DNA of 64,000 bases from Paragordius varius. Lineage: Eukaryota > Animalia > Nematomorpha. The notes below the pieces were generated by a model. The model did no database searches, was not told the DNA's origin, and saw only the letters and a program-made list of their open reading frames with translations. The stretch is from assembly GCA_964247055.1 (NCBI GenBank), contig OZ176054.1, positions 13,082,001 through 13,146,000 of the forward strand, given 5' to 3'. This document shows, one piece after another, positions 38,601-51,809 of the stretch. A program made the position numbers and the translations under genes. How positions within the stretch are numbered: position 1 is the stretch's first letter; the number at the start of each line of letters is the position of its first letter.

Positions 38601-40491
38601 TATAATTAAAATGGGGTATAAAATTAAGGAAAAGTTTAAGTAGGTGGTAGGGTTAGTTCAGAATACGTTTCAACATTAAAAAAGAATTAGATTATTAGTT
38701 TTTTTATTAAAATAACTTTATTGTGCAAATTTTTAAGGCGCATTACCGCTCTTATGAATCATAGTTTGTAAAATATTGATAATTAAACGTTTTTTGAATC
38801 AGCCGTTTAAATTAAGTTTTAATATTACCTAGTTAACCATTTTCAATAACAAAAGTTTTATACGTACTATTTACAATTCAAATTAACCCTAAAAATAAAT
38901 TATGTGTTTTCGGGTTAATGTAACTCATCATTAATATAAAATATATCTTAATGGGATAGTTTATTATTTTTTCAGCATTATTTTAAATTTAATCAAAATT
39001 TTATTTTTTAATATATGAAAAATCATATTTTTAATCTTAAAAAACACTTAATTTATTTTAGAGTGAATTTGAATTATTCGAGGGTGAATATAAACAGTAA
39101 ATGGTTTAATTATTTTAAAATTTTTTAACAATCAAAGTTTTAAATTGTTCTACTCAATAATAATTTTAATATCAATTCATATCTTGATTTAATCCTCAGA
39201 GATCTTGCAAAAAATAATATAAATGAAAATTTTGCAACAAAATATTTATAGGATGGCAGTAATTTAATTACTGATATAGAAATGATAGAGTATTTAATAA
39301 ATGTCATAAAAATATAGCGTCATTGGTAGAATTATTTCTATTTTTTAAAGAGTTTCGGAACAAAATAAAAACCAGTGAATAAAACCTCGTAAGGAACCCC
39401 ATATGGTAGCAGACAGGATTCGTATTTCATAAATGTCAGAAATGCCCAAAAAATTTGACGGGCGTTGTTGAGATCCGCCGTAAGAGATTGGTGGAGATTT
39501 TCTGACTCGAATATTCGAATAAGGTGATGTATTGAGCGGCGAACTATCGTCTATAACATTATTGTCATTGGGTTGTTCGTCATGATGATTTTGAGTGTTT
39601 GTAACATGATCGAAATATTTCACAAATCTAATTTCATCTAAAAACGATGCAAAACAAAGATTAAATAAAGAATGAATCACAAATTACAAATTTATGTTAA
39701 AAAGTTTGTTTTATTCCTAATGATGTCACTATAAATCTCATTTTTTCCATTTTCCTATATTTTATAACAAATAAGTAACAGACTTTGATAAAACATTTTT
39801 TAATGTTTAAAATTATTATATATGCAATTCATGTTGACCAATTCACTTATATTTGGCCAAAGGGTAATTTAGTACACCGTGTAGTATAAAACTGATTTTG
39901 TCCATGATTAAAATGCAAATTTAATGTTTTGACATAGGAAAAATTGTTTAATTTCACCATTTGTTGATTTTTACCCATATACTACTGCTGTATCAATTGG
40001 TATAAATACTGTAATATTTAATTTAAGGAAATTGTCTGTACATTAAAAGTTAAAATTAAGATGATAAAAAATATGTTTTACATGATTCATCAGTGTTTGG
40101 ATGTGGATATCTGTCACATTCTTTACTCCTTACCAATACGTTAATGTTAACGATTTGGGGTAGCGTTGGTTCCAACTTGATGGAATCATTGATAAACATA
40201 AGGTTTGCATATCTATAGCACATAAAATTTAATTGAAATTATACGGACAAAACGTAAACATATAACAACAAATATTGCTTTTCAAAAGACTGTTGTACTT
40301 TTGATATTTTTATTATATATAATTCATTTTTTAAATAGCAAAGCATGAAATAGAGATGTAAATTGGTAACTAATTTTATATTTTACGATTGTAATAATCA
40401 TATAGGAAATATTAAAGATTAAAAACAAATTTTAAAAATATTTGTCTTTAACTTTTTACGTTTTGTCCTTACATGTTTAATTTTTACTGTG

Positions 40492-40541
<50 letters not shown>

Positions 40542-41867
40542 TTGTAATGGTAAGCCCATTTAAATTTATTAATAATTAGATATATATCAGCTAACTTAAA
40601 TTAAAAGGCATCATAATGAATTGTAATATATGACGTCGCCAAAGTATTGATTGCCTATATATTTAATAATGTTTGCACAGCTATTGCGCAACAACATTTT
40701 AATTGCTTAAATATGTGACATTTTAAAAAAGGTAAGCCACCTATATGTTTTAGATAAATATCATGTTTGCATATCTAATACCAAACAATATTGGACTAAT
40801 GATAATTTAACTTTTTACCTGCAAATTACCCTCTTATAATTTATTTGACAAAATTTTTTTAAAAAGAATCGAGGACGCGACTTATATCTCTAAATTATGA
40901 CCAATTAGGCTTGAATCATAAAAGATGATTAATTAAATTTTAATGTAGTTTTTGTTTTCTGATTGTTTTCAATTTTTATGATCCATAAAAGTTATATATT
41001 TGTATTATGTTTCATTGAAAAAACAATATTGATACACTTAGGGGACTTATTTAACTGGAATCGTTTTAAAATCGCCATCTATCCCTGTTAAAATTTACAA
41101 AGCAATGAAATTAATGTCAATAATTTAAATATCGTTAGGTTAGGTAAGAAGTGTGATTTAAATTATTTCATTTCGAAAAAAATGTAAATTTTGGTGCAAG
41201 ATAATTGCTATCTATTATTTAATTAAGTTTAAAAAAGAAAGCCGACATAGCTTCATAAAAGATTTAGAAAATGCTAGATTACTTTAAAATCTATGATTAT
41301 TGAAAAAACTTACTTTGTGCCTAAAAATTAAATCTTGGTTCAAAAGGTTTTTTCAACACACCTGAAACTGTTTTTATTAGTTGCATCCCTTCTCCATAAT
41401 TTTATGCCGTTAAAATATCTTACATTTCATAAATAATATCATTTGAAGTAGTAATAAAATTATGCATCGATACCTCAAAAAATTGGCAAACAAATATTTC
41501 TTATTTAGAGGAAACTTAAATTTTCTTAGTGAACCCTTTGATTTAAAAAATCCGTGCGGGTTGTATAAAACATCTAATACTATATATTAATTATTCTGTA
41601 ACCGCGCCTAATTATAAGACATACATAACATTATTTATATCTATGTAATATACCTTTCGAAAGCATGTTCCAACACATCGCATTGAAGGTTGGATGATAT
41701 TTTTACGGTTTCGGGATTTATGGTTAATTTTGTTTTCTCATCTACAATAAAGTACCTGGGGAGGGGCCATGGTAAACCCGATATATTTGGGATTTTCTAG
41801 AATTCACATATGATAGTTATTAATTATTATAGTTTTAGTTATAAAAAATTTCCTACAAATATTTATG

Positions 41868-41912
<45 letters not shown>

Positions 41913-42535
41913 ACAATATCTTAGATATGATAATATTAATCATAACTGTATATAAGTGAAAATAAAAATTACTTTTTATGGTCTATTGACAAAAAGCCCG
42001 ATATTAAGGCTATCAAAGGGGATATAAAACGAACTAAAATTAAGGTGCTTAATTGTTTACCCTCTGTATTAAGGTCACTAGGATAAATATTATTTGATAA
42101 AAATATTTTTAGGTAAACCGATTTTCGAAGGCAAAAATTTATAATAATTATGTATAAATATATAGTATTGTAATAATTAAATATAAATTATCAAGAATTT
42201 GACAATGCACTGGACAACAATATGACCAAAAAATATGGGTTTGCTTAAAATAGTTGAATATTTATGAATAAATAAGTTGATTAAAAATATCAATCAATAT
42301 ATTAAAAATTTACCGGAAGTGGATCTCTTGGATTCACAAATAATAAACGTCCTTTGAGGCCATCGAATAAAATGAGGTGATGGACCAGCAAGCAGACGAT
42401 AATCAATTTTCGAAATGATAATGGAATCGTCTGCCCCAATAAAAATGGCCGTTGTGGGAAAAAACGTTTCGAGGATTTTGAACAATAAGGATGAAATAAA
42501 GAATATTTTGATCTTACATTTAGAAAATCTGTCAT
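32616..42535 (-). CDS. Beta-N-acetylhexosaminidase (GH20, HexA/HexB-like), ~669 aa, 14 exons
   Basis: Exons 42314-42535 (least certain), 41654-41796, 40082-40212, 39386-39637, 38392-38438, 37449-37559, 36858-36959, 36272-36410, 35329-35524, 34750-34906, 33885-34068, 33581-33674, 33103-33207, 32616-32742. Motifs: [68 protein letters not shown] (catalytic DE pair), [32 protein letters not shown]. Confidence 0.92.
36091..36207. mobile_element. Small TA-flanked MITE (CAGTAG family)
   Basis: TA|CAGTAGCTATGGTAAAAAAC ... TTTATATCATACGCTACTG|TA. Confidence 0.6.
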
Positions 42536-44829
42536 ATGGAGGAAAAAATTCACAAATTTTCCACGGACAATGTGATATGAATCATATTCAGGAGAATCAA
42601 TAGGTTATTTAATCAATATTGTTAATAATTTAATTAGGAATTGATATGCGCTCTGGAAATTAAAACAGTTCTTTGATAAAAAAGACAGTTTTTTTGAGGA
42701 GATAAACCTTTTATATCTGATGTGAAAATGTAACCGTCTCTATGCAAATTTGTAGCCTTGTGTAACATTTCATACAAATTGAATACATTGTTGACATACA
42801 ATTACCACACCAATGCAATTAACTATTATATATATTATAGGGTAAAATATAATTTTTTAATCAAACGAACATATATAACCCAAAAGTAAATATTATTTTA
42901 AGCAATATTAACATACGTAGTGTTTAAACTAATGATTATATTGTTTTATAATAAAGAAGAAAAGTGATTTTACTAAAATTAAGTTTATCAAGGTAAAAAT
43001 GGAAAAATTTAATCAAATTAATACGGTATTAATTAAAGACTCCATCACATAATTATTCTTTATTCATATATGTTATAATTTTCATTTTCTCGCTTCAAAG
43101 TATATTTTTTTCCTGCTTAGAGCTCTGTTGGCATATAGAGTGATTGAAAACACATTAAAAAATTAGAATGAAATTTGATATAAGGTAGTTAGTTATATGT
43201 ATTATATGTTTTGAGTTAAACAATCAAATCTATCTTTATATATGTTTATACATATGCATAGAGGTGAATATAATTAATATTTTTATAATATTGTATAGAG
43301 ATAGGAATTTAAAAGTGTGCCACAAATTATCTTTTTATTTTTTTTAATAGTTACAAATCACATTTATACTGTCAAATTTATGAAAAATTATTTTTATATA
43401 AAACTAATATGGTATATAAAATCTTGATTAGATCAAACATATACATATCTTCATGTCTATGCCGATTAATTAAATTATATTTGTCTTTCTTAACATTTAT
43501 GACTTTTTATGCTTGATAGATATGTTAATTTTTATTAACAGAATATGAAATAATGTATATTAATAATCGTAGATTTAATATAAAATGTTAATTACCGGAA
43601 TTTCAAAAATTAAAATTAAACTTTGTCGATAGTATTTGAATGTCAAATTTTTAATAAAAACACCGAGCTTTTTGTGGGTGTTACTTATATTTTTCTTATT
43701 TCCATCATCTGTAATTAGTACTTAAAAGACAATTCTTACAGAATAAGACTATTATCCTTCCAAACGTAATAAAACAAGAAAATTTAAAACTTAAAGGCGA
43801 ACAAGTTAAAACTAATATGTATTATATAATAATAATATTCCTAAAATGGGACAAATCTCTTTTTTTGGCATATGGCGGAAAATTGTTATTTAAATAATTT
43901 TATAAATAAAAATGATTAATTTATACACTAATCCCTGTTTTTTATTCAGTAATCTGCACAAATCCATTTAAAATCTTTATAGGATTCGCAATACTAAAGT
44001 TTAAGTTTATGAATATAGATGACAAAAAATTATTTGAACATTTAATATACAAAGAAAATATAAACTAGATTACACATAATTGTTTTAAACTAATTATATT
44101 CTCATAAAAGATTTTGTATCATCATTTGGCTAGAATTTTTATCTAATTGTAATAACTTTATTTTTTTTGGTAATATTTGAGAATTGTATGTAGAGAATAT
44201 AAAGATATAATTTATTTGTCACATTAGCGCGACCAAGATAAAACTTAGTCATGCAAAGTGAAACAATGTTTTTTAGCCTAATTTTGCCATCTGGTAATTT
44301 TTTGAAAAGTAAATTTTTTGAATTTAATAATTTTAAAAAGTTTTGATAATTAAATTATATTAATACCAATACAGTCTTAAATAAACCCCGCTAAAATTGG
44401 AAAGATTTAAAATAATTTCAAAAATATTAAAAAATATTTTATTCAATATATGCCATTTACAGTTCGAATTCAACCTTAAACAATTCAAATTCACCCCTGA
44501 ACGATTCAAATTCACTTAATGTTTTCGGGCAAATATAATTCATCATAAATAATAAATATATTCTTATGGCAATTTTATAATTTTTTCAGCATTATATTAA
44601 TTTTAAACAAAATTTTATATTATTTAAATATGAAAAAATAAAGGTAATTTTTAATCTTAAAAAAACACATAATTTTTTTAGGGTAGATTGTATTGTTCAA
44701 GGAGGGTGAATTCGAAAATTTAATAAATAAAATATATATACCTGTACCCTAAGTCAGGAATAAATAAATATGTTTAGTGGTTAAAATGAAAATACATACA
44801 AAACAAGAAATTTATAATGTTTATCTTTA

Positions 44830-44991
44830 CAGTAGCGTATGCAGTAAAAGATTGTTAGTGCAAAATAATCTTAATAGGGGGATATTATGGATATGTTTAT
44901 AAATAGGACTTTAATATATGAAAATTGTCCCCTTGTTTTGTGTTTATTAAGATTAGTTTGCACTAACAATCTTTTACTGCATACGCCACTG
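44830..44991. mobile_element. Small TA-flanked MITE (CAGTAG family), 162 bp
   Basis: TA|CAGTAGCGTATGCAGTAAAAGATTGTTAGTGCAAA ... TTTGCACTAACAATCTTTTACTGCATACGCCACTG|TA. Confidence 0.85.
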
Positions 44992-45129
44992 TACTATAAA
45001 TAAAATACGTAAATATGAATAATTAATGAACCATTTTTATAATTTCATTAACACTCCTTCACCACTAAAAAAGGGACGCAAAAAAGGAATTATATATAAA
45101 ATATAATATAGCCTTAAACCCAAATTTAG

Positions 45130-45130
<1 letters not shown>

Positions 45131-45189
<59 letters not shown>
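45131..45189. repeat. (TA)n microsatellite, longest of many
   Basis: Interrupted TA tract; others near 5570, 6678, 26506, 36627, 40493, 41872, 52820, 57191; (GA)n near 32510. Confidence 0.95.
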
Positions 45190-45195
<6 letters not shown>

Positions 45196-45298
45196 GAGAT
45201 GATATTTTTATGTATGATTGTGGTTTGTGAAATTAAAGAAAGAGATAAATAAGTAAGCACATCCTTCTTTTTTGATTTGGATTTAATTTTTTTCTTAT

Positions 45299-45809
45299 CA
45301 CTTGGATACAACACGTTCATTTAAGTTTTTCGATTCGAATTGGCGTAGTTAGATACCCAAAAATTATGGAATGAATTGAAACGATGGCAAAAGTTAGTAC
45401 TTATATAACATTAATGAACCGAAATATAATCAAAAAAGCATTAAAAAATAATATTACTTTTTTTAAGGTAAGCCACAAAGGTAAAAATTTGATCAACATG
45501 ACATGTGTGCTTTAGCTAAATCAAAAAATATTATATAATAAACCACTTTTTCTATTTTTTTTAACGTTAGATGTGATTTAAATAAAAAATTGGATTTAAT
45601 TTTAACTTCAAAAATAAATAAACACAATATTTTGCAAAAATGTTGTAATATAATGGCGTCGAAGTAGTTTGATGTGGAACTTTGTATAATTTTTATTGGG
45701 ATAGAAGCATAAATTTATATTGATACCGTTTCTTTTAGTAATTTTTTTAAAATATCAACTTAAATATAGTCTGGGGTATTAAGATACCCCATTTTTTTGA
45801 ATCGAAGTG
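45299..45809 (+). mobile_element. piggyBac-type MITE, copy D
   Basis: TTAT|CACTTGGATACAACAC ... GAATCGAAGTG|TTAA; left target site mutated. Confidence 0.8.
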
Positions 45810-47637
45810 TTAAATATAAAAGGTTAGTAGTTAAAAAAGTAAAAAATGTCATGCGACGGTTTTTTACTTTTTGTGATTTGTTAATATTATTATAACATTG
45901 ATATATTTTTCTTTATATTTTATACTAGTGTAAATCTCGTTTTTATATTTATTATATTTTAAGTTTATTAGAGAAGAATTAACTGATGCCAAATTTGGTT
46001 GAATAATTCGCTTTATGTTATATTTATTATACGTTAAACTCTAAGTTATTGGAATTTACCGGGTTTTTTTGCATTGAGAGCTTTTAAAATTAAAATATAT
46101 TTTTAGCTCTAATATTGGATTAAAATTATTAGACATAAAAACCATATAGAATAGATTTGAATCGAGCAAAATGCAGTTTAAATTTTGATTTATTGTGTTG
46201 AAAATATATCATTTTAATTAAAATTATAGATAAAATATACCCGCAATTAAACGAACAAAATTAATGTAAATAAAGGGAGAGAATTAATTTATTGCAACCA
46301 TTTGTTGCTTTTTACCATACGCTACTGTGTTTAATTGTTAAAAATATTTCAGGTAATAAGTCAATTAACAATTATGATTGAAAAATTGAGAAACATTAAA
46401 TTTAGAATTATTTTTAAATATCATCGATTTGATTAGCACATATAATTAATATTTGAATTTTATTGTTCAAACAAAGTTTAAATAAACTGTGTGTTTTATT
46501 ATGCAAACACCATTTTTAATTGATAGGTTTGCCATTGCAAAATGTAAAATATATTAAATTTATTAACTAAATTATTATGTTTAAGAGTTAGATATAAAAC
46601 GTACCGCACCAATTTTAACATTTAATTTTTTAAAATCAATAATGATAGATAGACACAAGGGTTTCATTTATCATTTATTAAACTTATAAATTCATAAAAA
46701 AATTTAAAGAATTTAATTGATTAAATTTTTATATGTTTTACTTAAAAAATTCTCGATACTCCAAAAAGCTTAATTCTTAAATTAGAATATCAAAGATTTA
46801 ACTGGGGTTTTTACCCTATAAGATAATAAAAGAAAATTTAAAATTTTTACATAGTTATGTTAGTTGCATTGAAATATAATATATGTATGAAAATACTTAA
46901 TAATAATTTTACCTGTTTGTGTAGTTAGAATTGATTTAAAATCCGAAAATTTAAATAATTTTTAAAGCAATAAATAACCATTCAACAATAATAAAAAAAT
47001 TGGTGTTTACATGCAATATAACTTTGAAAATTATAATTTTTATTTTTTAAAAAAAAATTATTATGAAAGATATATTTGTTTAAAAAAAGGATAGGAGCTT
47101 TGTTTCCATACTTTCAAAGTTTACCACTGATGAGCACGTTTAAAATATATTTAGTTTTTTGTGTTGATAGAAAAAAAATATTATACATACCTGTTTTCAT
47201 TCATATTGGTTGAATCTTTGATAAAAAATTTACGAATATATAAATATATGTTTTTATTTTTATTATCGCTTAGATTAATAAAAATAAATATAAAAATAAT
47301 TTTTAAATTTCAAATATCAGTAAACAGTAATAGCTAAAAGTACACATTAACTGCTAATTTATGTTATTAAATTGATTTTTTTAAAACCTACATAATTAAT
47401 TTCCGTTAATTTTGAGTCTGAGAGTAATTAACATACAATATTGAATGTCTAAAAATTCCAAGTTAACATAAAACTAAATAAAAATATATTTAAAAATAAA
47501 ATTCTAACAATATATTTTTATTCTATACATATTAGCCATTTAAAATATTTTCTAAATAACTAAATATTTCATAAGAAGTAAGTCAGAGATTGTACTGTTC
47601 ACAAAACTCGGTTTAAATAAAATCCCTTTATTATCTG

Positions 47638-47877
47638 CCATTTTAATTTTAAATCTCAAACAATTCAAATTCCCCCTTGAACACGAATTACCCTAAAAAT
47701 AAGTTATGTATGGGATAATATAACTCATCATTTATAATATATTTTTACGACATATTTTTTTATTTTTTCGGCATTAATTTTTAACATATAATATTATTAA
47801 ATAAAGGTAATTTTCTATTAAAAAACACATAATTTAGGGTAAATTTGAGTTTAAGGGTGAATTTGAAGTATAAATGG
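47638..47877. mobile_element. CCATTTAC-subfamily element
   Basis: CCATTTT ... GGGTGAATTTGAAGTATAAATGG|TA; shared interior. Confidence 0.7.
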
Positions 47878-47981
47878 TATATATATGGTATATATCTTGA
47901 CCTGATAAATGGGCTTGTCCTTAGCCTAAACGCAAAAAAGCCAAGATTGCGCGATAAATAAATATATATATACACTGTAGG

Positions 47982-48867
47982 AATTTAAAAAATAATGATA
48001 AAATCTAAAATATTATCGTTTATTATCATTTTAGGAGATATTTTGGATATAAAATTTTAGGTCAAAACATGGCGTTTTTAATACACTTAAAAGACAAAAA
48101 AAATTTAATGAAACTATATTAAAATATTTTTTTTAATTATTTACTACCTAAACTCACTATTAAAATTTTAACATTCATATTTTATTCAATAAAATAAACT
48201 TCTAAATCAAAATAAAACCAAAAACATTGTTTTTTATTTTTGATTTTTTTGTCATCTGGTTTATGAGTGTATAAAAAATTTATACTGTTTAATTTTGGAA
48301 TCTTACATGAGTGCAAATTATAAAATATATAATTTATACAAAATAGGATTTAAAATTTGCGGAATATCAACCAACAATTCGTACAAACCCCAATAAAAAT
48401 ATTAATTTGTCATAAAACAGACTTGTTACGGATTTGTAAGGATTGTTGGTTGATATTCCACTACTTTTAAATCCTATTTTGCATAAATTATATATTTAAT
48501 TCCCTAATCATGTGAGAATCCAAAATAAAACAGTATAAATTTTTTATATACTCATAAACCAGATGACAAAAAAATGCAAAAATAAAAATATTTTTGGTTT
48601 TATTTTGATATAAAAGTTTATTTTATTGAATAAAATATGAATGTTAAAATTTTAATAGTGAGTTTAGGTAGTAAATTAAAAAATACTTTAATATACTTTA
48701 ATTAAATTTTTTTGTCTTTTAAGTGTGATAAAAGAAAAACTCCATCTTTTGACCTAAAATTTATAGAAACCCTAACTATATGATTTTAGGCTATTTATAT
48801 ATACAAGATATCACCTAAAATAATTATAAACGATAATATTTCAGATTTTATCATTATTTTTTGAATT
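47982..48867. repeat. Long inverted repeat (~410-440 bp arms, ~40 bp spacer)
   Basis: The left arm's GTCATCTGGTTTATGAG and CTACCTAAACTCACTATTAAAATTTTAACATTCATATTTTATTCAATAAAATAAAC recur as reverse complements in the right arm; spacer 48391-48429. Confidence 0.88.
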
Positions 48868-49038
48868 ATCCTTAATTATCCTTAATCACTTTTTGCCCGA
48901 TTTCGATTTTCTCCCAATATTTCAAAAACTAGGTTATCAACAAATAAAAATTTTCCGGCAAATGAATACGCTGGTCATAAGCTATCTCATGAAAAAAAAT
49001 TTTTCGTTAAAATTTTTTTTGCATATCTGCCAGATTAA

Positions 49039-49576
49039 CACTTGGATACAACACTTTCATTTTAGTCCTTCGATTCAAATTGGGGTAGTTACAAACCCCA
49101 GGCCTGTTAAAAATTAAATAATTCTAAAAAAATGCAATAAATTGAAATGGCAAAAATTTGCACATATATAACATTAATGAACCAAAATATATAAAAAATT
49201 TCATTCAAAAATACTTGATACTACTTATTTTTATATAAACCTCAAGGTAAAAATTTAGTTAACATAACATGTGTGCATTAGCTAAATTGAAAATAATTTA
49301 AAATAACCACTTTCTGATTTAAATAAAAAATTAGCTTTATAGCTAAATTAAATAAACACGTTATTTTGCAAAAATGCTGTAAAATAAAAATGGCGTCGAA
49401 GTAGTTTGATATACTCTTTTTCAAAACCAAATTTTATTTAGATTATACGGCTTATTTACATAATTTTGATTAGGATAGAAGCATCAATTTAAATTGGGAT
49501 CGTTTCTTTCAGTAGTTTTTTAATAATTTCAATTTAAATATCTGGGTATTTAGATAACCCAATTTGAAACGAAGTG
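49039..49576 (+). mobile_element. piggyBac-type MITE, copy C
   Basis: TTAA|CACTTGGATACAACAC ... GAAACGAAGTG|TTAA. Confidence 0.85.
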
Positions 49577-51809
49577 TTAATACATCAAAATAAAATATTT
49601 TACAAAAACTTATATTTAAATTTGAAATTTCGGCCACATTTTGTTTAATCGTATTTTATTATATAAAAGTGACCTGGTATAAAAAGACTTAAAAAGATAC
49701 TTTTTTTATTTTCGTTAAATTTTATTGTTAGGCCAAAAAGCTTTTAATCGAAAAATTGTCAGTATTGTTGTCAAATATATTTTTTATGCTTTAATAAAAT
49801 ACGCATCCACAACAAAATTTTGTTCCAAAATTTTTCACATAATATCCCTTTTCAAAAACTATTTCCGCCTCGCAGCTTATTTTAATAGGCTTGCCCATTT
49901 TTTTTAAGTTTCACATACAAATAATTAAATATGGATATTGTTTTTCTCTAAAAAAGTTTAATATTTTTGGCTATTATTATTATTTAGCATAATATTTTTG
50001 AGAGAGAATATCAGAAAATTGAAATATGACTCAAGGCCAAGTACCAATTTTTTTAATCAAAATACTTGATATTTGTTACTTTGTATATGGTTAGAGCAAA
50101 ATCATATCGTGTAGTGAATATACGGAGCCCGAGGGCAGCACGCGGCCCTAAAATTGTATAATAGCCCTTAATTTTATTAATTTTTTTGATATACTTATTT
50201 GGAGTATAAATATCTGCAAACCTTTTCAAACACCTATGAAATTTTTTTTCTTTTTATTTGAGACACGGCCCTTTAAACAAGAGAAATATTTTTTACGGCT
50301 CATTTGATTTTTTTGGTGTAGCGACATTTCGATATAACTCCCAAATCCGAAAAATTATCAATAAATTTGAGAATAATTAAAAAAATTAACACAATCACAA
50401 AAAATATCATGATGAAATATATATTCCGATAGATTATTATATCAGGATTCTGATAGTGCTTTGGTTTCGCTCCTTACAAATGATATAAAAAGGTTATTTA
50501 AGTGTAATATTTCATCTATATTAAATGACAAACTTTGCGCACAATATGCCTAATAAAAATTGTGACTCTTAAAAGCATACTTTCAAAAGATATATATTTT
50601 TATGTTTTCGCTAAAAGCTTAAAAAAATTTTACCCGCTAAAATAGGAATTTTGTACTGAATGCAAACATGGCTAGATTGGGCGATAAAAATTTTGAATAT
50701 ATGCTTAATTTTGATATTAACTAAAATATGTTTGTAAAAATATCCCAAAATAATTTAATTAAATCGGAGAATTGAAATGAGTAATTTTTTTCCAAAATTT
50801 CTATCACCTCTAAATTTGAATAGAACATATGTATTTCTCAAAATTTATGTCAAATATATATTGTGTTTTTACTGTAAATCGCCCAAATTTAAAAGCAGAA
50901 AACGTTTAAATCAAAAATCTTAGGAGATAAATATGTACAGCATCCTCGAATTATATAGAAACGATTTTTTCTATATCTTAAAGCGTTTTATAACAGTTTT
51001 CATCATGTTTGATATACAATTAACCAACAAAATTTTGCTTTTTAACTTTTTTTGATATCAAAATTAGCATATTCCTAAATTCCCGCGCTCGCCATTTTTG
51101 TTTTTATTTTAGTAAAACTAGCCAATTTTTAAAATGCAAAAATTTGGGAATTTCGGTGTCCACATCTATAAATTAAATTTTTTTAAAATGTTTTACTCTT
51201 TACATGTAGTTTTGGTTGAGTTTTAAAATGGCGCACTTAGATTTAACCAAAAAAACTTTAGAAATTGTGCCCCCATATTGCCATTTTCCGATGTCCACAA
51301 AATGGTATAATCCCTCGTAAGGGGCAAAATCAAAAGCACCATAATATTTTCTTATTGGAATGTATATGTATATCATCATTTTGTCTGAACACTAAATAAA
51401 GGTTAATTATAGTTTATTTCAAATCCATCTCTAATTGATTAGGTATACTTAATTTGAAACATCATTACTTGTTAAAAAAGCGATATACATTAGAACTTTA
51501 CGCATATTTTAACTTAAAACCTTCACATGTCTTTATAACATGATGCATACAGTAAGTAAAATTTTATAGTTATAATAATCTATTGTAAATAAATAAATTT
51601 TATAAATCTTGTTGGATGGTGTATTTGGTCTCTTTAAATATGTTTAGAAAAACATAAATAGCAACTCCTTATTTTTTGTATTTATAAAATTGAACAGATG
51701 TATTTCCCAGGATTTGTTCGATGCATCGACCTATCTTCCCTTACCTTGCGTATGATTTAACCGAATATTTATTGGCCCTTATGTTATAAACAATGTTTAC
51801 AATCTACTT

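Noticed and set aside
41131-41146. TTAGG telomere-like motif
   Set aside because: Only two units; expected by chance.
42415-42603. Plus-strand 62-aa ORF
   Set aside because: Antisense shadow of the putative hexosaminidase first exon; no family motif.
47127-47150. CTGATGAG hammerhead ribozyme core
   Set aside because: No stem II partner or downstream GAAA.
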